Positions 1-16,831 of a stretch of 64,000 bases of DNA are shown piece by piece. Within the stretch, counting starts at the first letter, position 1. The number at the start of each line of letters is the position of its first letter. The translations under genes were made by a program, and so were the position numbers. The notes beneath the pieces are model-generated. The model did not search any database, was not told the origin of the DNA, and worked only from the letters and a program-made list of their open reading frames with translations. The stretch lies in assembly GCF_048403405.1 (NCBI RefSeq), contig NZ_CP183129.1; one strand, written 5' to 3'. Origin of the DNA: Escherichia coli. Its GTDB lineage: Bacteria > Pseudomonadota > Gammaproteobacteria > Enterobacterales > Enterobacteriaceae.

Positions 1-9
1 CTTAATTTG

Positions 10-129
10 ATGCCTGGCAGTTCCCTACTCTCGCATGGGGAGACCCCACACTACCATCGGCGCTACGGCGTTTCACTTCTGAGTTCGGCATGGGGTCAGG
101 TGGGACCACCGCGCTAAGGCCGCCAGGCA
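10..129 (-). rRNA. rrfB: 5S ribosomal RNA (rrnB operon)
   Basis: Reverse complement matches the E. coli 5S sequence end to end (TGCCTGGCGGCC...CTGCCAGGCAT), 120 nt. Confidence 0.95.
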
Positions 130-221
130 AATTCTGTTTCATCAGACCGCTTCTGCGTTCTGAGTTAATCTGTATCAGGCTGAAAATCTTCTCTCATCCG
201 CCAAAACATCTTCGGCGTTGT

Positions 222-3125
<2,904 letters not shown>

Positions 3126-3318
3126 TCACAACCCGAAGATGTTTCTTTCGATTCATCATCGTGTTGCGAAAATTTGAGAGACTCACGAACAACTTTCGTT
3201 GTTCAGTGTTTCAATTTTCAGCTTGATCCAGATTTTTAAAGAGCAAATATCTCAAACGTCACCCGAAGATGAGTTTTGAGATATTAAGGCAGGTGACTTT
3301 CACTCACAAACCAGCAAG

Positions 3319-3394
3319 TGGCGTCCCCTAGGGGATTCGAACCCCTGTTACCGCCGTGAAAGGGCGGTGTCCTGGGCCTCTAGACGAAGGGGAC
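3319..3394 (-). tRNA. gltT: tRNA-Glu (UUC) in the 16S-23S spacer
   Basis: Reverse complement reads GTCCCCTTCGTCTAGAGGCCCAGGACACCGCCCTTTCACGGCGGTAACAGGGGTTCGAATCCCCTAGGGGACGCCA, the canonical E. coli tRNA-Glu with encoded CCA. Confidence 0.95.
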
Positions 3395-3479
3395 GTATCA
3401 GTCTGCTTCGCAAGACGCCTTGCTTTTCACTTTCTATCAGACAATCTGTGTGAGCACTGCAAAGAACGCTTCTTTAAGG

Positions 3480-5021
<1,542 letters not shown>

Positions 5022-5199
5022 AAAAGTTTGATGCTCAAAGAATTAAACTTCGTAATGAATTACGTGTTCACTCTTGAGACTTGGTATTCATTTTTCGTCT
5101 TGCGACGTTAAGAATCCGTATCTTCGAGTGCCCACACAGATTGTCTGATAAATTTTTAAAGAGCAGTGCCGCTTCGCTTTTTCTCAGCGGCGCGGGGTG

Positions 5200-5375
5200 T
5201 GCATAATACGCCTTCCCGCTACAGAGTCAAGCATTTTTTTGCTTTTCTCTGTTGAGATTCTCAGGAGAACCCCGCTGACCCGGCGACGTGTTTGCCGTTG
5301 TTCCGTGTCAGTGGTGGCGCATTATAGGGAGTTATTCCGGCCTGACAAGAGGAAATTTAAAATAATTTTCTGACC
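5200..5375 (-). promoter_or_regulatory. rrnB P1 and P2 promoters with UP element
   Basis: On the minus strand: P1 -35 TTGTCA (5343-5348) and -10 TATAAT (5321-5326) preceded by the A/T-rich UP element AGAAAATTATTTTAAATTTCCT; P2 -35 TTGACT (5225-5230) and -10 TATTAT (5203-5208). Matches the remembered rrnB promoter sequence. Confidence 0.85.
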
Positions 5376-5393
5376 GCGCAACATTCAACCAAA

Positions 5394-6263
5394 TCAGTCT
5401 AAAACTGCCAGTTTTTCGAGCGTTTCGAAGCCGTAACGCTGTAAAACGGGCAATAATTGTTCAGCTTCTGGCGTCATTGCCATACAAAAGGCAATATTCG
5501 CATCGGCAGATTTTGCATCCGGGGCTTCATGCTCTAGCAACCAGGCCGTTCGGCGAGCAATCGCTGCGCCAGAATCCACCAGCCGGGTTCCCTCTGGCAG
5601 CACCTGTAACAGTTCTTCTTGTAGTAGAGGGAAATGGGTACACCCCAGTACAACGGTATCTGGCGGCTCTTTCATTCTTAACCACGGACGCAAGATACGT
5701 TTTAGCGCATCCAGAGAAACATCTTCGCCATGCAGCTTCGCTTCAGCCAACTCAACCATCTCTGCCGAGCCCAGCATTTCTATCTGGCATTCATTAGCGA
5801 AACGCGCGATCAGCTCATGAGTATAAGAACGTTTAACTGTTCCGCGGGTTGCCAGTAATCCGACAATGCCATTTGCCGTCAGACGTGCAGCAGGTTTAAT
5901 CGCCGGCACGACACCAACAACCGGGAAGTCGAACTTTTCGCGTAATGCAGGAAGTGAAACGGTACTGGCAGTGTTGCAAGCGACCACAGCCAGCGCAAGG
6001 GGATAACGTTTTTGCACTGCGGTGATAATTGCCACCACTCGCTCAACAATAAACGCTTCGCTTTTTTCGCCATACGGGAAAGCGACGTTATCGAAAGCAT
6101 AAATGTAATGGAGATCCGGTAAGAGATGCCGGATCTCGTCATAGACCGACAACCCACCGACGCCGGAGTCAAACACCAGCACGGTGGGACGTGGTTCAGA
6201 AGGTGTAGCTGCCAGACAAGGTGTATTCCCGTCCTGCAGTTTGGTAGCCATAGACTGTCTCAT
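5394..6263 (-). CDS. murI: glutamate racemase
   Basis: 289-aa ORF with the MurI sequence (…[15 protein letters not shown]…); sits immediately upstream of the rrn operon as in K-12. Confidence 0.9.
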   Translation of the reverse strand: MRQSMATKLQDGNTPCLAATPSEPRPTVLVFDSGVGGLSVYDEIRHLLPDLHYIYAFDNVAFPYGEKSEAFIVERVVAIITAVQKRYPLALAVVACNTASTVSLPALREKFDFPVVGVVPAIKPAARLTANGIVGLLATRGTVKRSYTHELIARFANECQIEMLGSAEMVELAEAKLHGEDVSLDALKRILRPWLRMKEPPDTVVLGCTHFPLLQEELLQVLPEGTRLVDSGAAIARRTAWLLEHEAPDAKSADANIAFCMAMTPEAEQLLPVLQRYGFETLEKLAVLD

Positions 6264-8039
6264 AATCTTTGTCGAACAGGTTGGCTATTTTACCACGAAC
6301 TGTCAGGTGAGAGGTGACCGGATACGCAACCGCAAGATCCCACAAGCTCACACCACCCATTTTAACGGTTTGATAAGGATAAGATGAGTAATCCTTATCA
6401 TAGCGAGTGCCTAAATACTGATAAGTAATACCCCAGTCGAAGTCATACAACTGCCAGTCGAGCTGGTATTTCACCTGCTGTTTAGCACGGCGTAACAACG
6501 GCGTGTCAGTAATCGCATTGCGCGCATCGACATAATCATAACTCACAGTATGCGTCAGTGGTCCGGTATCAAAATTGGCGGTCGCCTCGACGCCCTTAAT
6601 CCGCGCTTTCCCTTCGTTGTAATATTTCAGGGTGTGATCATCATAATCGATCAAATCACTGACATCGTTACGATATCCGGAAATACGCCAGTTCACCCCA
6701 GCGGTTAAGCCTTCAAACGCGCCTTCCCACTGTTTGCTTTTCTCAGGATTCAGATTCGGATTTCCGTAGAAACCATACAGTTGCCCAAGATTAGGTGCCT
6801 TGTACGACGTGCCATAAGAAGCGATAAAACGATAGCCTTCGATGAATTCCCAACCGGCACTCGTTTGCCAGGTTCCATGACGACCAAACTGTGAGTTATC
6901 GTCGCTGCGGGCTGCGCCTTCAAACGTAAAATCGCCGACTTGTTGCAGCCCAGTCAGATAGATGCCGGTATTACGTTGATCATATCCATCCTTAACATAA
7001 GCTGTGCCCGGTGCCGTGCTCTGCTTCTGCCAGTCAACGCCCGCACCAATATTACCGTGGCCAACGGTAACGTTATTTGCCCACTGGACGGTGTACTGCT
7101 TCATCTCATCCAGCGTCGCGGACGAATCATAACGGCCATAATGGGGATCGTAGTTGTAATCTTTGCTATGGCTATAGCTGGTAATGAGTTGTGATTTAAT
7201 CAGTTCACCGTTATAGCGCAGCCCGGCGTCCCAACTTTGGCTATAGAGTTTACGGGTATCGAGCAACGGTGAGCCGGGAGAATAATACGCGTCATAATTG
7301 GTACGGTTATCATAGCCATAGCCGCGCACAAAGCCGCTCCAGGCATCAGTAAAGTTATGCTCCAGCGCGCCATAAAGCGTTTTACTTAAAAAACCATCGT
7401 TATCTGTCTGCGCTTGCGTTCCGGTATTCCCATAGGCAACAACATCATAACCATGAGTATGGGCATAATCGCCCAACAGCGTTACCCGTGTCTTATCCCC
7501 CAGTTGTTGCTGCGTGGAGACATCATAGTTCTGATAACTATTGCTTCCCCACCCTGCTGAAATTTCCGTTCCGGGTTCATCGCGCGTCGTGATGATATTC
7601 ACCACCCCGCCTATTGCATCGGAACCATAAACAGCGGAGCGCGGTCCACGGATATATTCAATACCTGGACAAGCGCAATAGGGAACTGGCTAAGGTCGGC
7701 AGAACCACTCACTCCCGCCAGATTCAGGCGGACGCCATCAATTAACACCAGCACATGACTGGCATTTGTACCGCGAATAAAAATAGATGAGAGCTGACCT
7801 GAACCGCCGTTTTGGGTGATATCGACACCCGGAAGACGGCGCAGAACATCATTGACTGAGGTCGACTGCCAGCGGTCAATATCCTGACGCGTCACAACGG
7901 TGGTTGGTGCAAGCACAGTGCTGCGCGGCTGTTCAAAACGGTTAGCAGTAACAACGAGAGTATCCGGGCTGGTATCCTGTGCCCAAGCGGAAAAGGCTGT
8001 GACGGAAAACGCCGTCAGCAGCGAAGCTTTTTTAATCAT
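6196..8039 (-). pseudogene. btuB: vitamin B12/colicin/phage BF23 outer-membrane receptor BtuB, disrupted by a frameshift near 7660
   Basis: Two minus-strand ORFs in different frames (7611..8084, 157 aa; 6196..7605, 469 aa) together cover BtuB. The first ends …[27 protein letters not shown] where BtuB, as I recall it, continues …[34 protein letters not shown]…; the downstream frame encodes [32 protein letters not shown]…. True start is the internal MIKKASLL at 8039. Confidence 0.8.
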
Positions 8040-8044
8040 TGTAA

Positions 8045-8285
8045 AGCATCCACAATAGAAGAAGGATGCCGCAGGTTTCATCAATATTACGCGATGATGA
8101 GAACCAGATGCGACGTTAGCCGGCAGGTCTTCGGGCTTGGAGGGGTATCTAAGATACTAAGAGATGATGACTTCCCACCGGATGGCAGTGTCCGCATAAC
8201 GCAATCATCGCACCTTTCCTTACCGCTGCGCGTCAGCTCCAGATTTGCACTGGATTCCCTATTAACTCACAGGACCGGCGAGTGG
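8045..8285 (-). promoter_or_regulatory. cobalamin (B12) riboswitch in the btuB 5' leader
   Basis: Reverse complement of 8040-8290 matches the remembered btuB leader (…GCCGGUCCUGUGAGUUAAUAGGGAAUCCAGUGCGAAUCUGGAGCUGACGCGCAGCGGUAAGG…); the plus-strand ORF 8094..8333 here is spurious. Confidence 0.8.
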
Positions 8286-8407
8286 ATGCTACAGGTTGTA
8301 ACAAGTTACTGTCCAGACTTAGCTCACAAATAGGAATACATCAAGATCTGGACATCTGATGAGCAATCCCTACAATCGCCGCGTACTTTAATTTTTCAGG
8401 ATACATC

Positions 8408-9508
8408 ATGACCCCCGAACACCTTCCAACAGAACAGTATGAAGCGCAGTTAGCCGAAAAAGTGGTACGTTTGCAAAGTATGATGGCACCGTTTTCTAAC
8501 CTGGTTCCGGAAGTGTTTCGCTCGCCGGTCAGTCATTACCGGATGCGTGCGGAGTTCCGCATCTGGCACGATGGCGATGACCTGTATCACATCATTTTCG
8601 ATCAACAAACCAAAAGCCGCATCCGCGTGGATAGCTTCCCCGCCGCCAGTGAACTTATCAACCAGTTGATGACGGCGATGATTGCGGGTGTGCGTAATAA
8701 TCCCGTTCTGCGCCACAAGTTGTTCCAGATTGATTACCTCACCACGCTGAGTAATCAGGCGGTGGTTTCCCTGCTGTACCATAAGAAGCTGGATGATGAG
8801 TGGCGTCAGGAAGCGGAAGCCCTGCGCGATGCACTGCGAGCGCAGAATCTGAATGTGCATCTGATTGGTCGGGCAACGAAAACCAAAATCGCGCTGGACC
8901 AGGATTACATCGATGAACGTCTGCCAGTCGCAGGGAAAGAGATGATCTACCGTCAGGTAGAAAACAGCTTTACCCAGCCGAACGCGGCGATGAATATTCA
9001 GATGCTGGAATGGGCGCTGGACGTCACCAAAGGCTCAAAAGGCGATTTACTGGAGCTGTACTGCGGCAACGGTAACTTTTCATTAGCACTGGCGCGCAAT
9101 TTTGATCGGGTATTAGCCACCGAAATCGCTAAGCCGTCGGTCGCTGCCGCGCAATACAACATTGCCGCTAACCATATTGATAACGTACAAATTATTCGTA
9201 TGGCGGCAGAAGAATTTACTCAGGCGATGAATGGCGTACGCGAGTTTAACCGCCTGCAAGGGATCGATTTAAAGAGTTATCAGTGCGAAACCATTTTTGT
9301 CGACCCACCACGCAGCGGTCTGGACGGTGAAACCGAGAAAATGGTGCAGGCGTATCCACGTATTCTGTATATCTCCTGCAATCCGGAAACGTTATGCAAG
9401 AATCTGGAAACATTAAGTCAGACGCACAAGGTCGAACGTCTGGCTCTGTTTGATCAGTTCCCCTACACGCACCATATGGAATGCGGCGTATTACTGACCG
9501 CGAAGTAA
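8408..9508 (+). CDS. trmA: tRNA (uracil54-C5)-methyltransferase
   Basis: 366-aa [22 protein letters not shown]…; SAM-methyltransferase motifs; K-12 synteny. Confidence 0.9.
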   Translation: MTPEHLPTEQYEAQLAEKVVRLQSMMAPFSNLVPEVFRSPVSHYRMRAEFRIWHDGDDLYHIIFDQQTKSRIRVDSFPAASELINQLMTAMIAGVRNNPVLRHKLFQIDYLTTLSNQAVVSLLYHKKLDDEWRQEAEALRDALRAQNLNVHLIGRATKTKIALDQDYIDERLPVAGKEMIYRQVENSFTQPNAAMNIQMLEWALDVTKGSKGDLLELYCGNGNFSLALARNFDRVLATEIAKPSVAAAQYNIAANHIDNVQIIRMAAEEFTQAMNGVREFNRLQGIDLKSYQCETIFVDPPRSGLDGETEKMVQAYPRILYISCNPETLCKNLETLSQTHKVERLALFDQFPYTHHMECGVLLTAK

Positions 9509-9511
9509 AAT

Positions 9512-9540
9512 CCATGCCGGGTGCGCCAGCATCCGGCATG
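9512..9540. repeat. REP-like palindromic hairpin between convergent trmA and yijD
   Basis: ATGCCGGGTGCGCCAGCATCCGGCAT forms an inverted repeat of the GCCGGATGC REP type. Confidence 0.5.
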
Positions 9541-9547
9541 ATACCGA

Positions 9548-9907
9548 TTACTCAGCAACTTCCTGCTTACGGTTACGCATCTTCGCGCCAATCCAGAACA
9601 CCATAATGACGGACAGTACTGCCGGGAAGAAGTTAGAGCCGATATCCGGATATTCCGCACGAACTACCGTGCTGTACAGCAGTACGCCGAGAATAAAACA
9701 GGCAGCTGCCAGACCCGGCAAGCCTACCGGCATAGTGCGATTAAGATAACGTTGATGCAGGCAGTAAACCGTCAGCACCAGGGAAATAATCGGGAATACA
9801 GAAAATGGCACAATGGAGCTAAACAGCGCTGCGAAAGTACCATTAATCGATAAGCCAGCCACCAGCGCCAGCAGCAGCGTACCTCTATCTTGATTTGCTT
9901 GTTTCAT
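9548..9907 (-). CDS. yijD: inner membrane protein YijD
   Basis: 119-aa hydrophobic ORF directly downstream of fabR, as in K-12. Confidence 0.8.
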
Positions 9908-10554
9908 TACTCGTCCTTCACATTTCCCGGAATAATTGCGGTTTTCTCTTGTTCACGGCGATACCAGTAATAAGCCCCTTTCGAAATCATTCGCAGTTGC
10001 AGTACCAGTCGCTCTTCTAATTGCCGACGTTGTTCGACGCCGACGTCCAACGCCTCGGCACCCGCACTGAAGACAATCGTCACCATGGCTTCGGCTTGCG
10101 CTTCAGTAAACGCACGCGGCATATGGTTTTCGAGTTCCAGATAGTCCGCAAGTTCCGCAATGAAGTGCTGAATTTCACGCGCAACGGCAGCACGAAACGC
10201 AGCGGAGGTGCCGGAGCGTTCCCGCAATAATAACCGGAAGGCGTTAGGATTATTACCGATGAACTCCATAAATGTGGAGACCGAGGTGCGGATCACACTC
10301 CCGCCTTTGGCGATACGCTGACGCGCCTGGCGCATGAGTTGGCGTAGCATTAAACCGCTCTCATCAACCATGGTCAGACCCAGTTCGTCTACGTCGCGGA
10401 AATGCCGATAAAAAGAGGTGGGAGCAATGCCCGCTTCACGCGCCACTTCACGCAAACTCAGGCTGGCGAAGCTGCGTTCAGCACTTAATTGGCTAAATGC
10501 GGCTTCCACCAGCGAACGGCGGGTTTTTTCTTTTTGTTGCGCTCTTACGCCCAT
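9907..10554 (-). CDS. fabR: TetR-family repressor of unsaturated fatty acid synthesis FabR
   Basis: ORF 9907..10650; the FabR start is most likely the internal Met ([20 protein letters not shown]…), giving 215 aa; TetR-type HTH. Confidence 0.85.
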
Positions 10555-10888
10555 CACGATGTCTGAATCCTTGCCAAAAGTACTGCTGGCACTATACCAG
10601 AGAATGAACATACTGGATTGCTCCAGTGTTGTGAATGAACGGTAACGCAATAAAACATATTTACTGCAATTCTTTGGCCGGTTCTTTTACGTACAACGGA
10701 AACCTGCCGCTTAAACGGAGAGTATCGTCGATAAAAATCCAATAAAACGTTCAGGTCAAAAGTAAGAAACAGACAAAGCAAAGGCCGCTCACGATATAGC
10801 CAGATAAATGACGGGGATCAATTGGCTTACCCGCGATAAAATGTTACCATTCTGTTGTTTTTATGTATAAGAACAGGTAAGCCCTACC

Positions 10889-12289
10889 ATGCCACATTCC
10901 TACGATTACGATGCCATAGTAATAGGTTCCGGCCCCGGCGGCGAAGGCGCTGCAATGGGCCTGGTTAAGCAAGGTGCGCACGTCGCAGTTATCGAGCGTT
11001 ATCAAAATGTTGGCGGCGGTTGCACCCACTGGGGTACCATCCCGTCGAAAGCTCTCCGTCACGCCGTCAGCCGCATTATAGAATTTAATCAAAACCCACT
11101 ATACAGCGACCATTCGCGACTGCTCCGCTCTTCTTTTGCCGATATCCTTAACCATGCCGATAACGTGATTAATCAACAAACGCGCATGCGTCAGGGATTT
11201 TACGAACGTAATCACTGTGAAATATTGCAGGGAAACGCTCGCTTTGTTGACGAGCATACGCTGGCGCTGGATTGCCCGGACGGCAGCGTCGAAACACTAA
11301 CCGCTGAAAAATTTGTTATTGCCTGCGGCTCTCGTCCATATCATCCAACAGATGTTGATTTCACCCATCCACGCATTTACGACAGCGACTCAATTCTTAG
11401 CATGCACCACGAACCGCGCCATGTACTTATCTATGGTGCTGGAGTGATCGGCTGTGAATATGCGTCGATCTTCCGCGGTATGGATGTAAAAGTGGATCTG
11501 ATCAACACCCGCGATCGCCTGCTGGCATTTCTCGATCAAGAGATGTCAGATTCTCTCTCCTATCACTTCTGGAACAGTGGCGTAGTGATTCGTCACAACG
11601 AAGAGTACGAGAAGATCGAAGGCTGTGACGACGGTGTGATCATGCATCTGAAGTCGGGCAAAAAACTGAAAGCTGACTGTCTGCTCTATGCCAACGGTCG
11701 CACGGGTAATACCGATTCGCTGGCGTTACAGAACATTGGGTTGGAAACTGACAGTCGTGGACAGCTGAAGGTCAACAGCATGTATCAGACCGCGCAGCCG
11801 CACGTTTACGCGGTGGGCGACGTGATTGGTTATCCGAGTCTGGCGTCGGCAGCCTATGACCAGGGGCGCATTGCCGCGCAGGCGCTGGTGAAAGGTGAAG
11901 CCACCGCACATCTGATTGAAGATATCCCTACCGGCATTTACACCATCCCGGAAATCAGCTCTGTGGGCAAAACCGAACAGCAGCTGACCGCGATGAAAGT
12001 GCCATATGAAGTGGGCCGCGCCCAGTTCAAACATCTGGCACGCGCACAAATCGTCGGCATGAACGTGGGCACGCTGAAAATTTTGTTCCATCGGGAAACG
12101 AAAGAGATTCTGGGTATTCACTGCTTTGGTGAGCGCGCTGCCGAAATTATTCATATCGGTCAGGCGATTATGGAACAGAAAGGTGGCGGCAACACTATTG
12201 AGTACTTCGTCAACACCACCTTTAACTACCCGACGATGGCGGAAGCCTATCGGGTAGCTGCGTTAAACGGTTTAAACCGCCTTTTTTAA
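10889..12289 (+). CDS. sthA: soluble pyridine nucleotide transhydrogenase
   Basis: 466-aa [26 protein letters not shown]… with FAD/NAD-binding GxGxxG motifs; convergent with oxyR. Confidence 0.9.
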   Translation: MPHSYDYDAIVIGSGPGGEGAAMGLVKQGAHVAVIERYQNVGGGCTHWGTIPSKALRHAVSRIIEFNQNPLYSDHSRLLRSSFADILNHADNVINQQTRMRQGFYERNHCEILQGNARFVDEHTLALDCPDGSVETLTAEKFVIACGSRPYHPTDVDFTHPRIYDSDSILSMHHEPRHVLIYGAGVIGCEYASIFRGMDVKVDLINTRDRLLAFLDQEMSDSLSYHFWNSGVVIRHNEEYEKIEGCDDGVIMHLKSGKKLKADCLLYANGRTGNTDSLALQNIGLETDSRGQLKVNSMYQTAQPHVYAVGDVIGYPSLASAAYDQGRIAAQALVKGEATAHLIEDIPTGIYTIPEISSVGKTEQQLTAMKVPYEVGRAQFKHLARAQIVGMNVGTLKILFHRETKEILGIHCFGERAAEIIHIGQAIMEQKGGGNTIEYFVNTTFNYPTMAEAYRVAALNGLNRLF

Positions 12290-13189
12290 CACTTTATCGA
12301 AATGGCCATCCATTCTTGCGCGGATGGCCTCTGCCAGCTGCTCATAGCGGCTGCGCAGCGGTGAGCCAGGACGATAAACCAGCCCAATAGTGCGGCGTGG
12401 TTCCGGCTTAATGCACGGCAGATAAACAACCCCATCGCGTTTGCGCTCCGGCGGCACAGCCAGCGCTGGCAATAAAGTGATCCCGCTACCTGCCGCCACC
12501 ATGTTGCGCAGCGTCTCCAGGCTGGTCGCGCGGAAGTGTGTATCTTCATCCGCCCCGGCTTCAAAGCAGAAACCCATTGCCTGATCGCGCAAACAGTGAC
12601 CGTCTTCCAGCATCAGCAGTTTTTCCCCTGCCAGATCGGCCATCGGTACGCATTCGCGGTTCGCCCACGGGTGATCTTCATAGATAGCCAGCAACATTGG
12701 CTCATCAAACAACGGCACTTCAATGAATGCTTCGCTCTCTTTCACCAGCGCGAGGATCACGCAATCGAGTTTGCCGCTGTCCAGTTGCGCCAGTAACTGG
12801 TGGGTCTGTGCTTCATGCAGATACATTTCCAGCTTTGGAAAGGTCTGGTGCAGCATCGGGATAATATGCGGTAGCAGGTACGGTCCAACCGTGGGAATCA
12901 AACCAATATGCAGCGGCCCGGACATCGTCTCGCCCTGCTGGCTTGCCATCTCTTTAAGGACTTTCACCTCACGCAGTACGGTACGCGCCTGATCCACCAG
13001 CAGCATTCCCGCCTGGGTGAACAACACTTTACGGCTGGTCCGCTCCAGCAACATCACGCCCAACTCATCTTCCAGCTTACGAATTTGCCCGCTAAGCGTC
13101 GGCTGGCTAACGTGGCAGGAATCTGCCGCACGCCGAAAATGGCGGTGTTCAGCCAATGCCACCAGGTACTCAAGATCACGAATATTCAT
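12272..13189 (-). CDS. oxyR: LysR-family hydrogen-peroxide-responsive regulator OxyR
   Basis: ORF 12272..13219; the internal Met gives [44 protein letters not shown]… (305 aa). Confidence 0.9.
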   Translation of the reverse strand: MNIRDLEYLVALAEHRHFRRAADSCHVSQPTLSGQIRKLEDELGVMLLERTSRKVLFTQAGMLLVDQARTVLREVKVLKEMASQQGETMSGPLHIGLIPTVGPYLLPHIIPMLHQTFPKLEMYLHEAQTHQLLAQLDSGKLDCVILALVKESEAFIEVPLFDEPMLLAIYEDHPWANRECVPMADLAGEKLLMLEDGHCLRDQAMGFCFEAGADEDTHFRATSLETLRNMVAAGSGITLLPALAVPPERKRDGVVYLPCIKPEPRRTIGLVYRPGSPLRSRYEQLAEAIRARMDGHFDKVLKKAV

Positions 13190-13284
13190 TATCCATCCTC
13201 CATCGCCACGATAGTTCATGGCGATAGGTAGAATAGCAATGAACGATTATCCCTATCAAGCATTCTGACTGATAATTGCTCACA

Positions 13285-13394
13285 GAAACGGAGCGGCACC
13301 TCTTTTAACCCTTGAAGTCACTGCCCGTTTCGAGAGTTTCTCAACTCGAATAACTAAAGCCAACGTGAACTTTTGCGGATCTCCAGGATCCGCT
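13285..13394 (+). ncRNA. oxyS: OxyS small regulatory RNA
   Basis: Plus strand reads GAAACGGAGCGGCACCTCTTTTAACCCTTGAAGTCACTGCCCGTTTCGAGAGTTTCTCAACTCGAATAACTAAAGCCAACGTGAACTTTTGCGGATCTCCAGGATCCGC followed by a T-run; divergent from oxyR. Confidence 0.9.
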
Positions 13395-13455
13395 TTTTTT
13401 TGCCATAAAAAAGCCCGGCGATAAGCCAGGCTCAAATTTGTACATATAAATGTTC

Positions 13456-14829
13456 TTACCCCAACCGAGCCTGCGCAAAAGCAATCGCCTGCGCCACCTG
13501 CTGCGGTGAGACGCCGCCTTTTGCCGCACGCTTGTCGAGGCACGATTGTAGCGACAGAATCGGATAGACATCTTCGCCAATCACCTGACTGAATTTCTGC
13601 AACTCACTGAGCGGCAGATCTTCCAGCGGTTTGCCCTGACGAATGGCTTCCACCACCGCTTCACCAACAATATGGTGCGCCTCGCGGAACGGTACGCCTT
13701 TCGCCACCAGGTAATCCGCCAGTTCAGTGGCGTTGGCGTAACCCTGCTGAGCCGCTTCCTGGCAACGCGGACGTTTCACCTGAATGCCGTCCAGCACCAG
13801 CGCCGCCATATGCAGGCAGTCCAGCCAGGTATCGAGCGCGTCGAACAGACCTTCTTTGTCTTCCTGCATATCTTTGTTGTAAGCCAGCGGCAAACCTTTC
13901 AGCGTCATCATCATGCCGGTTAACGCGCCCTGCACCCGACCGCATTTACCGCGAATCAGCTCCAGCGCATCCGGGTTTTTCTTCTGCGGCATCAATGATG
14001 AACCGGAAGTCACGCGGTCAGAAAGCTCGACAAACCCCGCTTCGCCGGTGTTAAAGAAAATCAGATCTTCAGCAAAACGCGACAGATGCACCATGCCGAT
14101 AGCGGCAGCAGACAGCAGTTCCAGCACGTGGTCACGGTCAGAAACGCTGTCGAGACTGTTACGGGTCGCTGAGGCAAATCCCAGCCAGCCTGCTAATTGT
14201 TCACGGTCGATTTCATAGGCCGTTCCCGCCAGCGCGCCACAGCCTAGCGGGCTGACATCCAGACGCTTAAGTGCATCCTGCAAGCGGCTTTCATCACGCG
14301 CCAACATCTCAACATAGGCCAGGCACCAGTGCGCGAACGTCACCGGCTGGGCGCGTTGCAGGTGAGTGTAACCTGGCATCACCGCGTCCTGATTGTTTTG
14401 TGCGGTTTCCACCAGCGCCGATTGCAGCTGCCGGTTAGCCGTCAGCAACTCGCTAACGGTATCTTTGCACCACAGTTTCAGGTCAGTCGCTACCTGGTCA
14501 TTACGGCTACGCCCGGTATGCAGCTTTTTGCCTAACTGACCCACTTTGTCGATCAGTTTGCCTTCCACCCAGCTATGGATATCTTCGGCGTCGCTTTCGA
14601 GGATTTGTTGTGGCCTGGCGCGAACATCTTCCAGCAGCACGTTCAGCGCCTCTTCCAGTTGCGCCTGCTCTTCTGCGGTTAACACGCCGACCGTTACCAA
14701 GGCTTTGGACCAGGCCACAGAGCCAACAATATCCTGCTCCGCCAGACGGTAATCAAAGCGCAGTGAGTCGTTGAATTGTTTGAACCGTTGATCTGCTGCC
14801 TGGGTAAAACGCCCGCCCCAAAGTGCCAT
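13456..14829 (-). CDS. argH: argininosuccinate lyase
   Basis: 457-aa [37 protein letters not shown]…. Confidence 0.9.
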   Translation of the reverse strand: MALWGGRFTQAADQRFKQFNDSLRFDYRLAEQDIVGSVAWSKALVTVGVLTAEEQAQLEEALNVLLEDVRARPQQILESDAEDIHSWVEGKLIDKVGQLGKKLHTGRSRNDQVATDLKLWCKDTVSELLTANRQLQSALVETAQNNQDAVMPGYTHLQRAQPVTFAHWCLAYVEMLARDESRLQDALKRLDVSPLGCGALAGTAYEIDREQLAGWLGFASATRNSLDSVSDRDHVLELLSAAAIGMVHLSRFAEDLIFFNTGEAGFVELSDRVTSGSSLMPQKKNPDALELIRGKCGRVQGALTGMMMTLKGLPLAYNKDMQEDKEGLFDALDTWLDCLHMAALVLDGIQVKRPRCQEAAQQGYANATELADYLVAKGVPFREAHHIVGEAVVEAIRQGKPLEDLPLSELQKFSQVIGEDVYPILSLQSCLDKRAAKGGVSPQQVAQAIAFAQARLG

Positions 14830-14889
14830 AACTCTGTTTCCTTATTTTGAAATTCAATGCCGGAAAGCTGCGCCTCCGGCCAACAAAAC

Positions 14890-15666
14890 TTAAGCTAAAA
14901 TCCGCGTACCCATCGGCATACCGTTAAACAGTGCCGGAAGCTGTTCCGCATGACGCCAGGAGGCGATATCCACCGGGCGGCCCAGCGTGCGCGCAGCATC
15001 CAGCGCCGCGTTCACTTTCACTATCATGCCGTCAGTAATAATGCCCTGCTCAATCAGTTGTTCTGCTTTCGCGGCGGTCATTTCGGCAATACGTTGCCCT
15101 TTGCCGTCGAGAATGCCGCTGACGTCGGAGAGCAAAATCAGATCCGCGCCCAGCGTTGCCGCCAGCGCCGTCGCTGCCTGGTCAGCATTGACGTTCATCA
15201 GTTGCCCTTCGTCTGTTACGCCAATGGAGCTGACCACCGGCAGATAACCGTTCTCCAGCAAGGTGTTGATAAGCTTAGGCGAACCTGGCTGCGCAAGTCC
15301 AACATGGCCTAACTCTTCATCAAGCTGGGTCACTTTGACGCTGTCGCCGTCACCGAGAAACAAACCTACGGCCGCAATCTGATGTTTCTTCGCCCATGCC
15401 AGCAGGGTTTTATTTGCCGTTCCCGCCAGTGCTCCGGTGATGATGTCAATCTGATCAGCAGGCGTCACCCGCAGGCCGTTTTTCTTTTTCACCGGCAGAT
15501 TCAGCCCTTTCATCAGCTCATCCACCACGCAACCGCCGCCGTGCACAATCACCAGCGGACGCTGATGTGACTCACGATAATTCACCAGTGCGCTAAACAG
15601 ACGTTCCAGCGCCTCTTCACTATCCAGCAGTACGCCGCCCAGTTTGATAATTAATGGATTCATCAT
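14890..15666 (-). CDS. argB: acetylglutamate kinase
   Basis: ORF 14890..15699; start most likely the internal [15 protein letters not shown] (258 aa). Confidence 0.85.
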   Translation of the reverse strand: MMNPLIIKLGGVLLDSEEALERLFSALVNYRESHQRPLVIVHGGGCVVDELMKGLNLPVKKKNGLRVTPADQIDIITGALAGTANKTLLAWAKKHQIAAVGLFLGDGDSVKVTQLDEELGHVGLAQPGSPKLINTLLENGYLPVVSSIGVTDEGQLMNVNADQAATALAATLGADLILLSDVSGILDGKGQRIAEMTAAKAEQLIEQGIITDGMIVKVNAALDAARTLGRPVDIASWRHAEQLPALFNGMPMGTRILA

Positions 15667-15673
15667 TGCACCC

Positions 15674-16678
15674 TTAAATAAGAGACTGCGTTTCCGCATA
15701 GCCGAAACGTATATTGGCGCACTGTACCGCTTGTGCCGCCGCGCCTTTCAGTAAGTTGTCTTCGGTCGCCACAATAATCAGGTGTTCGCCCTGAACGGCA
15801 AACCCGATATCGCAAAATGGCAGCCCAACGACATTTTTCAGCGCCGGAACGCCTTTGTCATACAGCCGCACCAGCGGTTTATGGGCATACGCCTGCTGTA
15901 ACGCTTGCGCGACTTGCGCCTGGGTCACACCCGATTTCAGGCGGCAGGTAATGGTTTCGAGAATGCCGCGCGGGAAATTGCCCAGATGTGGGGTGAAGAT
16001 AACGTCAGCACCGAGGTGTGTGGCGATCTCTGGTTGATGGCGATGAGTAAAGACGCCATACGGTTGCAGGCTAACTTCACAAAAACTATTTGAAATCGCT
16101 GCCTTACGTCCCGCACCGCTCACGCCGCTGGTGGCGTTGATCACCGGCCACTGATTGAGGTCAAGAAGATCGGCATCAATCAACGGTTTCAGCGCCAGCT
16201 GTGCCGCCGTCGGATAACAGCCTGGCACGGCAATCAAGTTCGCTTCTTTTAATTTATTACCGCACCACTCGGCCAGACCGTAGGCTGCCTGTTCCAGCAG
16301 TTCCGGATACTGATGGGTAAAGCCGTAATATTTTTCATAGAAGGTGGCGTCGTTAACACGAAACGCGCCGGAAAGGTCGAACACCACGCAGCCCGCTTCA
16401 AGAAATTGCGGCGCTAAATCGTGGCTAACTTCATGGGCGGTGGCGAGAAACACCACGTCCACCCCTGGGCTAAACTCGCTGATATCCGACATCGGCTGCA
16501 ACGGCAGATCAACGATGCCTTTTAGCTGCGGATGCAAATCGGAGATTAACTTTCCCGCATCATTGCTTTGCGCTGAAACAGTCAAAGCGGTTATGTTCAT
16601 ATGCGGATGGCGATTTACATAGGTCACTAGCTCTGCGCCAGCGTAGCCGCTGGCACCCACAATCAGCGTATTCAACAT
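15674..16678 (-). CDS. argC: N-acetyl-gamma-glutamyl-phosphate reductase
   Basis: 334-aa [38 protein letters not shown]…. Confidence 0.9.
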   Translation of the reverse strand: MLNTLIVGASGYAGAELVTYVNRHPHMNITALTVSAQSNDAGKLISDLHPQLKGIVDLPLQPMSDISEFSPGVDVVFLATAHEVSHDLAPQFLEAGCVVFDLSGAFRVNDATFYEKYYGFTHQYPELLEQAAYGLAEWCGNKLKEANLIAVPGCYPTAAQLALKPLIDADLLDLNQWPVINATSGVSGAGRKAAISNSFCEVSLQPYGVFTHRHQPEIATHLGADVIFTPHLGNFPRGILETITCRLKSGVTQAQVAQALQQAYAHKPLVRLYDKGVPALKNVVGLPFCDIGFAVQGEHLIIVATEDNLLKGAAAQAVQCANIRFGYAETQSLI

Positions 16679-16769
16679 CGGGGCTATTCACCTTCTTATG
16701 TCTGGTTGCCAGGTTAAACGTAAAACATTCACCTTACGGCTGGTGGGTTTTATTACGCTCAACGTTAGT

Positions 16770-16815
16770 GTATTTTTATTCATAAATACTGCATGAATAT
16801 TGATACTATCATGAC
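16770..16815. promoter_or_regulatory. ArgR operator (ARG boxes) in the divergent argE/argCBH control region
   Basis: A/T-rich TATTCATAAATACTGCATGAATATTGATA with TGAAT/ATTCA half-sites between divergent argC and argE; exact box boundaries not resolved. Confidence 0.5.
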
Positions 16816-16831
16816 CAGAGGTGTGTCAACA

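Noticed and set aside
8094-8333. 79-aa plus-strand ORF upstream of btuB
   Set aside because: It overlaps the btuB B12-riboswitch leader on the opposite strand; the sequence is explained by the riboswitch.
12272-12289. 18-bp 3' overlap between convergent sthA and oxyR
   Set aside because: Expected for these two genes, which are convergent and tail-to-tail in E. coli; not a novel feature.
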